From contig NC_057719.1 of assembly GCF_004010195.1 (NCBI RefSeq), positions 38,620,401 to 38,684,400 on the forward strand: a stretch of 64,000 nt of DNA, written 5' to 3'. Origin of the DNA: Chiloscyllium plagiosum. Lineage: Eukaryota. Positions 51,301 through 62,459 of this stretch are shown here, one piece after another; position 1 is the first letter of the stretch, and every line of letters begins with the position of its first letter. Made by a program: the position numbers and the translations under genes. Under the pieces are notes generated by a model. The model did not search any database, was not told the DNA's origin, and saw nothing but the letters and a program-made list of their open reading frames with translations.

Positions 51301-51657
51301 TTTAGAATCCCTAGAGTTTAGAAACAGGCCATTTGGCCCATCAAGTCCACACCAACTCTCTGTAGAGCATCCCTCCCAGACGCACCACCCTATTCTATCC
51401 CTATAACCCTACATTTCCTATGACTAATCCATATGGCCTGCACATCACTGACACTACAGGTAATTTAATATGGCCAATTCATCTAACCTGCGCACTTTTA
51501 GGCTGTTGGAGGAAACTGGACCACCCAGAGGAAACACACACAGACGTGGGGAGAAGGTTTTCAGACTCCACACAGTCAGTTGCCCAAGGGTGGACTTGAA
51601 CCCGGGTCCCAGGAGCTGTGAGGCAGCAGTGCTAACCACTGAGCCACCATACCACCC
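51301..51657 (-). mobile_element. Full-length V-SINE (HE1-like)
   Basis: Minus strand TGGCTCAGTGG A box, GGTTCAAGTCC B box, V-domain and tail. Confidence 0.88.
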
Positions 51658-52113
51658 TGTGAAAGCTGGCATGATGGATTACACTTAACTGTGCCTGTGT
51701 ACCTTCCAGTGATCAGATGCATTAAACATTCCTTGGAAATGTTTTATCTACATAACCTATGCATGTAGGCGATTTTTGTTTCTCACATGTTTGAATAGTT
51801 TAGTCTGATAAACCAAGCACTTGATGCCCATGGGTGATTTAGAAAGGGTCGCAAGTTTTTTGTGGATGGGCTGAATGGCCTTTTTCTGTGCCATAACCTT
51901 TCTATGAATTTCATTTTGGAAGTTTTGGAAGGTGGTTTCTAGAACTAAAGATGGGCTGAAATAGTCACAGAAGACAGAAACTGTTGTTTAAGTGATATGT
52001 TGAAAATGCCATTCTAATTATCAATTTGCTTTCCAATCCCTCTTCCCAATGAACATTTATTGTTAGCAGTGACTACAGAAAGAAGATAGGAGCCTAGCTG
52101 TGACATGAAGTCC

Positions 52114-52580
52114 TTAAACACAACTAAGGCTAAACAGTTGCAAAGGATATCGTGGAAAAATGCCATATTGTTTCTTGAGATTGTACTTCACTGGGACACT
52201 GCAGAAGGCAAAGATAGGGACATCAGAATGAGAGCTAGGTGGGCGATGAAATTGGCAAGTAAGGGGAAGCTCAGGCTTACAACTGGAGCTTTTTTGTGAA
52301 ATCTTCTCCATGTAATGAAGCTTAAAGTAGTTATTAGATACGGGCCCAGGACAATCATATGAGATATGACCGGGTAAATATTGCATCTCTTATGCTTATA
52401 GAGGAAAGTGTGTGGGAGAGGAAAACAGGAGCTGCAAGGATGAACCAAGGTGTCATGGAGGGATTGGTTATAAAGCTTAAGGAAAGGGATGGGCATATTT
52501 TATGGGACTGGGGTGGCAGAAGATCATCCAGGTGAATGGAAAATGAGACAATAGGCAACAAATGGTGGTCTTGCCAAAGA
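52114..52580 (-). mobile_element. Penelope-like element ORF remnant (GIY-YIG endonuclease region)
   Basis: QSLHDTLVH...TFLYKHKRCNIYP...GP and PELPLTCQFHRPPSSHSD...LKKQYGIF..YPLQ match the PLE linker (SLRD.LVH..CNTCP) and C-terminus (P.LPVA.HFN..HS.SD..LEEQ.LIF.LG.LQP). Confidence 0.65.
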
Positions 52581-52719
52581 CAGCCACATCAATGAAATTA
52601 TAATGAAAATGGAAACAAAATGGGCAATGGATGGACTTCATTGCAGAATTGCTTGCAGGAGAATATTGCTTACTGAAAGAATTACAAAGGAACTATATCT
52701 TGAGCACAACTGCTTTCAA

Positions 52720-53223
52720 GTGTTGTGAAACTTGAAAGGGTTCAGAAAAGATTTACAAGGATGTTGCCAGGGTTGGAGGATTTGAGCTATAGGGAGAGTT
52801 TGAATAGGCTAGGGCTGTTTTCCCAGAAGCGTCGGAGACTGAGAGGTGACCTTATAAAGGTTTACAAAATCATGAGGGTATGGATAGGATAAATAGACAA
52901 GTCTTTTCCCTGGGGTGGGGGAGTCCAGAACTAGAGGGCATAGGTTTAGGGTGAGAGGGGAAAGATATAAGAGACCTAAGGGACAACTTTTTCACGCAGA
53001 GGGTGGTACATGTATGGAAAGTGCTGCCAGAGGAAGTGGTGGAGGCTAGTACAGTTGCAACATTTAAAAGGCATCTGGATGGGTATATGAATAGGAAGGG
53101 TTTGGAGGGATATGGGCCGGGCGCTGGCAGGTGGGATTAGATTGGATTGGGATATCTGGTCGGCATGGACAAGTTGGACCGAAGAGTATGATTCCATGCT
53201 GTACGTCTCTTTGACTCTATGAC
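52720..53223 (+). mobile_element. Young CR1 3' fragment
   Basis: Highly similar to 42890-43391. Confidence 0.9.
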
Positions 53224-54559
53224 ACTATTCCCTTCCTATTCATGTATTCTTCCAGGTGCTTCTTGAATGCTGCTATTGTGTCTGCATCTGGCAGTGCATT
53301 CTAGGCACTCATCACTCTTTGTGTGAAAAATCTGCCTCACACGTCTCTTTTAAACTGCCCCTACCCCTGCTCCATCCCCATGAGCCTGTGTCAGCTAGTA
53401 ATTGACCCCTCCACCTATGAGGGAAAATGCCTCATACTTTCCACTCTATCCATGCCATTCACAATGTTATGAACTTCTATCAGGTCACCCCTCAACCTCC
53501 TGCATTCCAGTGAAAACAAACCCAGTCTATCTAACTTTCTCCGTAGCTACACTCATAATGTTTGTGCTGGTTTGACCACTATTACCAATTCGATGGTGGC
53601 TACATATCAAAAGCCTTTCCATATAGTGTGGAGGTTACTGGGTCATGACCTTTTGAACATCTATACATCTGCTATAAGGGCATGTACAAGGATACTGATA
53701 CTGACAATTGTGGCACCATGATACAAAATATGGAATATTGATCTTTGAACCTCATTGGATGATTTAATGATGGTGAGTTAATGATGACTAACCCAGTCTC
53801 AGAATAAGGGGCAGAGCATTTAGGATTGAAGTGAGGAAGCATTTATTCACTCAGAGGGTGGTAAAATGTTGGATTACTCTATCTAAGAGGCTGTTGAAAT
53901 TCAATCATTGAGTATATTCAAGTGAAAAAGTGAGAAAATTCCAGATGTTAAAGATATCAAGGGATATGGGAAGTGGTGTTGGAAAATGGTGTTGAGATAG
54001 AAGGATTTCCATGAACTGAAATCATTTTAAAACGGACATAAAGTGTGGCTTAAAATAGCCGCAAGAGTGACCTGACTCACATATGATGGCCAGATTTCAT
54101 GAAAATTAAATCAAAGATAGTCTGAGATAAAATCAACATCTCATCTCGCGGGCAAAAATGTCTCCCTCCATCTCCTTGCCAGCTCCTCAAGAGGGGTGGC
54201 AAGACCCTCATAAGACTCTTCATGTGTTGGACATGGAACACTACCTGCAATTATCAAGCCTGAAGAAACATAACTTCAGTAGACATGGAATACACAGCCA
54301 AGATGTTATTTAAAGAAGTAGCTTTAGGTAGAGTGGAGGAAATGGAACTCAGGATGCAGAACTGAATATTAGCAAAATCCGAGTGACTATGGGTTTGCTC
54401 CCAGATTCTTATTTCTACAATCTTCTCCACCATAAATGTTAAAGTGACTGACCTCTAATTGTCAACTTTATAAAAGCATTGAAACAGCTGTTGGCCATTT
54501 AGCCCCTCCAGCCTGCTCTGCTATTCCAGACCATGGTCGATCATCTACCTCAATGCCAT

Positions 54560-55072
54560 CTCATAGAGCCATAGAGTTATACAGCACAGAAACAGACCCT
54601 TTGGTCCAACTCATCCATACTGATGAGACATCTAATCTGACTTAGTCTTATTTGCTAGCATTTGGCCCATATCCCTCTAAACCCTTCCTACTCATATACA
54701 CATCCAGATGTCTTTTAAATGTTGTAACTGTATGTGCCTTCACCACTTTCTCTGGCAGCTTGTTCCATGCACACACCACCCACTCCATGAAAACATTACC
54801 CCTCAGGACCTTTTTAAATCTTTCCCCTCTCCTCTTGTACCTATGACCTCTAGTTTTGGACTCCCCCACCCCAGGAAAAAGTCCTTGGCTATTCACATTA
54901 TCTGTGCCCCTCATGGTTTAATAAACCTCTATAAGGTCACCCCTCAACCTCCAACTCTCCAGGGAAAATAGCCCCAGCACATTCAGCCTCTCCCTATAGC
55001 TCAAATACTCCAATGCTGGCAACATTCTTGTAAATCTATTCTGCACCCTCTCAAGTTTAACAATATCTTTCC
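54560..55072 (-). mobile_element. CR1 3' fragment
   Basis: ORF 54648-54914 (LFPGVGESKTRGH...WNKLPEKVV...FKRHLD). Confidence 0.9.
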
Positions 55073-56373
55073 CGTGGAAGGGCAACCTGAATTGTTTGAA
55101 GTATTCTTAAATCATGAGCAACAAATATTGGCATTGCCAATAATAATCACATTTCATGATCAAGCAAAGGAAAAGAACTTTTTTAGACAACGGGAGATTG
55201 GTAAACCTGACAATTACAGGCTAATCAGTTTAGTACTCGTGCTCTTGAAGATTTTAGAAACAATCAAACCACATCACAAAGTTAAATGAAATTGTGCATT
55301 TGAGTAATAATTTGATCATTATATTCAAAACAGAAATGCCTGGACAGCAAATTCTGTAACTCTTTTCAGCATTAATTTCCCAATCTATTGTCTAGTTAAA
55401 AATAATCTAGTTTAGTGATCATATCAAAATAGATTCAGAAAATTAGGTGCTAGATAAGATGCAAGGAGACATGTGTTCTGTAGCAATTTTATGTAACAAG
55501 ATCTGCTGCACCAGTTATATACTAACAGGACATTAACTTTAAAAAGGTAACTTGAGCAGGACCTGTTTTATAGACCAAAGATTAACAGTAGCACTATTTT
55601 TAAATTGTTTAAGTGTTCTTAAACATTTTGAAGGAAACAAAATGCAGACTTTATACAGTAAAAATTGATAAGCTTTGAATCTATCTTCTGCTGAGGCAAT
55701 CTTAATATTCACTTTGATGCAACTATGTCCTAACTTCACATGTCAAACCTAATATCTGTGGACAATTCTTTAATATTGTATCAAATGAAGCAAACTAATT
55801 CACATGAAACATTACTTATCGAGGATCTTTTTCCAACTTATGGAATCCTGAAATGCACATCACAATCCAAAAGTATTGGTTTTCTAGTGTAAATTTTATT
55901 ATTCATTTTACATATGTTGAGTCATCACTTACTAGATTCTGAAATTCAAACTAATAGAGTATTTTAAAAATGGCCACTAAAGCAGCAAATGGCCACCAAA
56001 GGTCATCTGACTTCTCTTGTGGATTCAAACCGCTCCAGTCCACTTTGTCAAGAGAGAGTGAAGGGAATGTTCCAACTGATATGATCCGAATGGGTGTTAT
56101 CGTCAAATTGAAATAGCTATGGTTATCCAAACACAATGGTCTGAACTGTCTCAAACTCACAAAGTGTTAAGCACCAACATTAGTTGTGTAATCAACACAA
56201 TTATCTGTCTCATTTGGAAGGTGACTTTAAACTTGTAAAACATCACATGATGAGAAAGCTGTAATTTCTGTTAGCTTTTAAAATCAGCACAAACCATTTG
56301 CAGACCGAATTCTACCAGAAAGGCAGTGAACGAGCTGCAAATAATTCAAGCTGCCAAGGTAATAAACAACATG

Positions 56374-56509
56374 CTGGAAAAGCGTATCTTCAGGCTTATG
56401 CCCGAAACGTCGATTCTCCTTCTCCTTTGACACTGCCTGACCTGCTGCGCTTTTCCAGCAACACATTCTTAAGCTCTGATCCCCAGCATCTGCAGTCCTC
56501 ACTTTCTCC
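56374..56509 (+). mobile_element. Penelope-like insertion with perfect 14 bp TSD and intact 3' half of the hammerhead core
   Basis: TAATAAACAACATG at 56360-56373 and 56510-56523; GGC-TTAT-GCCC-GAAACGTCGA at 56393-56413; short inverted CTGGAAAAGCG at the left end. Confidence 0.88.
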
Positions 56510-56896
56510 TAATAAACAACATGGGCAAGGACTCCCCCAATTTGTTTCAAACATGAAATTCATTAAAGGAACTCAACTTGTAATGTGCAAGACAAAGAGT
56601 ATAAATCAGAGACTAAATTAATAATAATTTATACCAGTTTATTGTCATTACATGTAATTAAACTTCACATATAAGCTTGATTGTGGGAACAACTGCATCA
56701 GATATCAAGCTTTAAATGTAGGTTAAGCATGTGAGAATAAATAACATTCTTGTGTTAAACTTATAAAAGTTTGCTAAGTAAATCATTTAATTTGGATTTA
56801 TACTCAAGATAATAAAAGATATACCTTTTACGTGACCAAATGTCCTGATCAAAGGGAAAGGGAGCACTTAAGTTTTGTCTGTGACAGTTGGGAGAC

Positions 56897-57425
56897 ATAA
56901 TAAAGAACAAAGAACTTACAGCACAGGCACAGGTTCTTCGGCCCACCAAGCCTGTGCTGATTCATGATGCTTTCTAAACTAAAACCTTTTCCTCTACACG
57001 ATCCATACCCACTATTCCCTGTCTATTCATTTACCTGTCAAGATGCCTCTTAATCATTGCTGTTGTATCTGCTTCTACCATATCCTCTGACAGTGCATTC
57101 CAGGCACTTACCACCCTCTGTGTAAAAGAAATGCCTCTTGCATATCCTTTAAACATTCCCCCTTTTGACTTAGACCTCTCTCCCCTAGTAATTGACATTT
57201 CTACCCTAGGAAAAAGATTTCGGCTATTCATTCTATCCATATCTTTCATTATTTTGTAAACTTTTAATAGGGCACCCCTCAGCTTCTGACGCTCAATTGT
57301 AAACAAATCAAGTTTGTCTAATTTATCCTCATAACTATTATCTTCCAAACCAGGCAATATCTTAGTAAGTCATTTTTATACCCTCACCAAAGCCTCCACC
57401 TCCTTCTGGTAATGTGGAGATCAGA
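56897..57425 (-). mobile_element. CR1 3' fragment
   Basis: ORF 57031-57357 (MPGLED.SYEDKLDKL...FTQRVVSAWNALSE). Confidence 0.88.
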
Positions 57426-57465
57426 GAACCATTCATCCTTATCCATAAATGGCTTAAAAATTATG

Positions 57466-57632
57466 TCAGAAGTCACAAAACACCTAATTATAGTCCAACA
57501 GGTTTACTTGAAATCACAAGCTTTCAAAGCGCTGTCTCTTCGTCAAGTTAAGTGAATTTGTTGAACTATAATCAAGTGTCGTATGATTTCTGACCTTGCC
57601 CACCCCATTCCAACACCGGCACCTCCACATCA
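57466..57632. mobile_element. Partly inverted Penelope-like insertion (family of 30459-30653)
   Basis: TTATAGTCCAACAGGTTTA...CCAACACCGGCACCTCCACATC; TSD-like TTAA(A/G)A(A/C)TTATG at 57454-57465 and 57633-57644. Confidence 0.72.
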
Positions 57633-58497
57633 TTAAGACTTATGCTCATTGTTCCAGAAAAGCTCACCCAATGAAATTTTGATCACTCACGAAGTTCATT
57701 CCTCAAAACCTGGTCTAATACAGCCCCTTTCCTGGTTGGACTATTTACATATTGCTTCAAGAAACTCCTCTGGACATCCTTAACAAATTCCCTACCAACC
57801 AAGCCTCTGGCACTAAGGAATTCCCAGTTAATGTAAGGGAAGTTAAATCATCCACCATAACAACCTTGTTGATTTTACATTTTTACACAATCTGTCAATA
57901 TACCTGTTCCTCTATCATCTGCTGGTGTTGGGAGGTTGTCAAAGTGATGGCCCTTCCTATTCCTGAGCTCTAACCATATGTTCTTGCTGGATGAGCCCTC
58001 CAAGGTGTCCTCCCTTAGTACAGCTGCGATATTCTACCTAATCAGTAGCACAACTCCCCCACATCTTTCGCATCCCTCTCTATCTTGCCTGAAACATCTA
58101 AATCCCAGAATGTTAAACTACCAGTCTTGTCTCTCTCTCTCTCTCTCAGCTGTCACTGTAACAGCTACAGCATCAAAGTTATATATATTAATCCAAGGTC
58201 CCAGTTCATCTGCCTTACCTGTCATATGCATTAAAACATATACATTTCACACTGCTAGTCCTTCTGTGTTCAATTAACTCTCCTTGTTTATTCTTCATCT
58301 TAGTCTTACAGGTGTCCTACTTGTTGATCCTCTGCTCTGGTTCTCAGCACCCTACCACACTTTTTTAAACCCTCCGAGTGGCACTAAGACGCCTCTGACT
58401 TGGGTGTAATCTGTCTTCTTGCATTGGTCCCACCAGCCCCAGAAGACACCTGAATGATCCACATATCTGAAGCCCTCCTCTTATAGTGTCTTACTAT

Positions 58498-59401
58498 AAA
58501 CCTTATACACTCATAACTGTGCGGCCAAATTCAGCTCGAGCTGAATTTACAAATTTGGTGATGACACCACCATAGTGAATCGGATTGTAAACAATGATGA
58601 GACAGGGTACAGGAAGGAGATAGCTTAGTGACATGGTGTAAAGACAACAATCTCTCCCTCAATGCCAGCAAAACGAAGGAGCTGGACATCAACTTCAGGA
58701 ATTGGAGTGGAGGACGCGCTGCTACCTGTATCAATGGTGCTGAGGTGGAGACCTCTATGTTCCGAGGAGTAAATATCAACAATGACCTGGAGCATCAACA
58801 TGGATTGGAGCGTCAATCCATGTTGATGCTCCAGTCAGGAAAGTATACCAATGCTTCCATTTCCTCAGAAAGCTAAGCAATTTCAGTATGCCCACAACAA
58901 TACTTACCAATATTTATAGATCCACCATTGAAAGTATCCTATTAGGATGCATCACAGCTTGGTTTGGCAACTGCTCTGCCCCAGACCACAAGAAATTACA
59001 GAGTTGTGAACACAGCCCAGTCCATCATGAAAACTAGCCATTCTTCCACTGACTGCATCTACACTTCCCAGCACCTCAGGAAAGCAAACAGCATAATCAG
59101 ACATTCCTCTCACCCCGGATATACTCTCTTCCACCCTCTTCCATCAGGCAGAAGATACAAAAGTTAGAAAACACGTACCAACAGACTTAAGAACAGCTTC
59201 TTCCTCATTGTTATCAGACATTTGAACTCTGATATATTAGAGTTGATCTTTCTCTGCACCTTCTCTGTAGCTGTAACACTATATTCTGCGTTCAGTTCTA
59301 TTACTGAATGTACTTATGTTAAGCATGATTCATCCAGTTAGCATTAAATACAGTAGTTTTCACTGTATCTCAGTACATGTGACAATAATAAATCAAATCA
59401 A
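58498..59401 (+). mobile_element. Rex1/Babar-clade LINE 3' fragment
   Basis: KFGDDTTIV, WCKDNNLSLNASKTKELDINFR, LFHPLPSGRRYKS motifs; AATAAATCAAATCAA tail. Confidence 0.8.
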
Positions 59402-59419
59402 CTAAAAAAAAGCCAGTTG

Positions 59420-60340
59420 TTGAGCCAAGTATGTAACTGTACTATCTTCCTATTCCTAGTCTTACTGACACATGACACAAGAAATATTCCTGAAATTACA
59501 AACCTAGAAGTGCTGCTTTTCAACTTACTCCTAATGCTCTTTTCAGAATTTCATCATTATTCCTGCCTGTGTCATCAGTACCAACATGTGACTCAACCTC
59601 TGTCTGTTTGCTCTCTCTTTTGATAATGTCCTGCACCTGCTCAGAGATGTCCTTGACTCTGGCAGGGGGCCAAGAGAAGCAACACATCATTCCGGAGTTT
59701 ACTTTGTGGCCACAGAAATGCTTGTCTGTGCCCCCGACTACAGTTCCCTGTTACTACTGCTCCTCCCTCTGGCTACTGCTGTGCCCATTCCCTGATAGGC
59801 AACCCTCCCGACCAGTATCCAAAATGGTGTACTTGTTAGAGATAGCCACAGGGGTTCCTGCAGTGACTGCCCGCCTTATCTAAAGGTTCGAGACAAAAAA
59901 AATCTGCAGGTGCTGGAACCCAAGGTAGACGAGCTAGAAGACTGGAAGAACACAGTAAGCCAGGCAGCATCAGGAATGCACATGCCCAAAAGAAGGGTTG
60001 TACCTTAAATGTTAACTTCTCCACCTCCTGATGCTGACTGGTTTGCTGTGTTCTTTCAGCATCCTGCTTGTCCATCTTATCTAAAAGTTATCCATCCATC
60101 TGATTGAACCTTGAGAATGACCACATCTCTAAAATCCCTGTGAATGATGCTTTCTGCTTCCTGCATGCTTCGAAGAGCGTCAACTGTCACTCTAACAGAT
60201 TCACCTGGTCTGACAGGAGCTCCAACTGGACACGCTTCCTCAGATGAAGTTGTCAGGAGTGTTCAAACTGTTTCTGATTTTCCACATTCCACAATAGAAC
60301 CCCACTCAATGCAGTTTTCACCCTCCAGCTATATAACTAG
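59420..60340 (-). mobile_element. CR1 ORF1 remnant (esterase-like) interrupted by a Penelope-like insert
   Basis: Reverse complement of 59630-59750 resembles G..V.GTD..FCG....S.M.CC..A.VKD.SE. Confidence 0.55.
59889..60075. mobile_element. Self-inverted Penelope-like insertion
   Basis: GAAGAACACAGTAAGCCAGGCAGCATCAGGA is inverted to TCCTGATGCTGACTGGTTTGCTGTGTTCTTTC; TSD CTTATCTAAA(G/A)GTT at 59875-59888 and 60076-60089. Confidence 0.78.
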
Positions 60341-60855
60341 TTAATTAAAATTAAATTTCTCCTAAATTAATTTATAGCCAATTAGTTGGTCCCTGCTGTT
60401 AGATTCTCACTAAAAAGTTTAAAATATGCTATTCTGTAAATGTAAGTCTAGGTACTACTTTAAACCCTAGTACTGTAGTACACTCTAATGAGGACAAGTG
60501 GAAAGAAAATTAAACTGTAGAAGATGATTTCCTGTATCTTTTTACTTTGGATGGAAGTATACAATGCTCACTTTCAATTCAGCTTCTACTTTAAAACAAA
60601 AGTCCGGTGACACATAGAAAGGGTGGTAACATCAATATCGTCTTCCCCTCAATGATTTCTGTCCACTTGTGTGATACCTCTCCATCCCTGTTATCTTTCC
60701 ACATCTCCCCAACCCTTTTTCTCCCACAATCTCAACCTCCACAGTGCCAAGCTACAAGTTGCTCTCCCTTATCAACACCCCTCCTCCGCCACCTTCTTGA
60801 CCTCCCATGGAGAGCAAACCTCACAGCTGCCAGTCACTAACACCAGAAAACTCTA

Positions 60856-61554
60856 AATTAAAAAAAACAAAGTACTGCCAATGCTGGAAATCACAAAACG
60901 AAAAACAGAAATTGCTGGGAAAAAAATTCAGCAAGTCTGACAGCATCTGTGGAGACAAAACGGTTTGGGTCTAGTGACCATTCTTCAGAACTGATTGTAG
61001 CTTGGAAAGGGTTGATGTATATGCTGAAGGAGAAAAAAAATATAAGTGGAGATGGAACCAGAGAGAGAGAAATAGTTGGACAATAAAGGAATGGGTAAAA
61101 GTCAGCGTGGGAGAATCAATAATTGCTAATGGGGACCATTTGTAGCTGACAATGAGTTGGTTGTGGTAGCAGCCCATGTGATGACAAAATCTGGTGTGTG
61201 GTGGTTGGGGTGAAGATATGGGAGAAGGTGCTCAGGCCCTAAAATTATTTAACTTAATACTGAAGGCTGCAGGGTTCCCAGGTGGAAAATGAGATGATAA
61301 TGGTCAGAATTAGCAGGTATTGATTCCTATAGGCTGAACTTTACTCATTCCTTTCTCTCTGTCTTTTTGGACTCCATCTCCAGCCATTGTTTATTCGTCC
61401 CCTCTCCCTCACCGCTTCTCCAGCATATATATCAACATTTTCCTAGCTACAATCAATTCTAAAGAAGGGTCACTGGACCCAAAACATTAACTTTGCTTCC
61501 TCTCAATACATAGTGTCGGACTTGCTGAGTTTTTTCCAGCAATTTCTGCTTTTG
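60856..61554. mobile_element. ~700 bp Penelope-like insertion: inverted terminal repeats around an ORF C-terminus
   Basis: Arms ~60906-61141 and ~61298-61549 are inverted; spacer minus strand 61296-61261 reads HLIFHLGTLQPS; TSD CCAG(A/C)AAACTCTA at 60843-60855 and 61555-61567. Confidence 0.82.
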
Positions 61555-61879
61555 CCAGCAAACTCTAGTTGCTGCCTTGCACCAGTCCCCTTCCTAATCC
61601 CAGCAAAGTAGCCTCTCATTCTGACCAGCTGGAAATGATAAACAATTGTAAAATATACACCCTCCAAGGATATTCCAATTTCCTAGCTATTCCTCTGCAA
61701 ATCCTCTCCACCACCCTCCCAGCTATTTTTCCCTAGAGCTGGGATCTACAAATTTGGAATAAACACGACATTACAATCATGCATTTACAAAGTGCGGATT
61801 TAAGTCATTTGCAATCATATCATAGTGCAGGAATGCATGAAGTGTACAACTGTGTGGGGTGTGAGGTCAGAATTTTGCT

Positions 61880-62368
61880 GCAGAGGTTCTTCAATGTAGC
61901 GACTAGATGCAACCATCTTCAGTTGCTTCATCAATGTTTGCCTGTCCAGTTTAAGGTGGAGAAGTGGGGATATTCACTGTTGATTGCACAATGTTCAGCG
62001 CCATTCATGACTCCTCAGATACTGAAGCAGTTGGTGCCATATGTAGTAAGACCCAGACAAAACTCTTCTTTTGGTGGTAAGTGGCAAATAGCTTTCATGC
62101 CAGAAGGTGCTGGGCAATCATCATTTCTGAAAAGAGAGAATCTAACCATCACCATTTGATTTTCAATGTCATTAGCATCACTGAATCCCCCACTATCAAT
62201 ACCATTTACCATTGAAGGAAAACTGAACTGGTCTCTCCATATAAATACATACAAATACAAGAGCAGATCAAAGACTAAGAATCTTGTAACAAGCAACTCA
62301 TCTCCTGACTCCATCTTATATGTTCATCATCTATAAGGCACAAGTCAGAAGTGTTAAGGAATACTCCC
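61880..62368 (+). mobile_element. Ancient LINE fragment (family of 24300-26995)
   Basis: Similar to 26170-26560 (..GAAAACTGAACTGG..CATATAAATAC..). Confidence 0.6.
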
Positions 62369-62369
62369 T

Positions 62370-62440
62370 AACGACCCCCTTCACGGGCCACTGCCTGGAC
62401 CTATTTATGGCCAGTTTGGCCAGGCCCAGGAGCAGACCCA
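62370..62440 (-). mobile_element. Tx1/L1-clade LINE 70 bp fragment
   Basis: Reads GLLLGLAKLAINRSRQWPVKGVV; homologous to 16470-16540. Confidence 0.6.
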
Positions 62441-62459
62441 CGTCTTCAGGAAATGTTTT

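Noticed and set aside
55951..56160. Possible exon of a neighbouring gene in unique sequence
   Set aside because: No recognisable protein in the frames examined and no clear splice signals.
1950..61488. A currently active hammerhead ribozyme in this window
   Set aside because: Every copy inspected lacks either an intact CUGANGA box, the GAAA or the NUH site.
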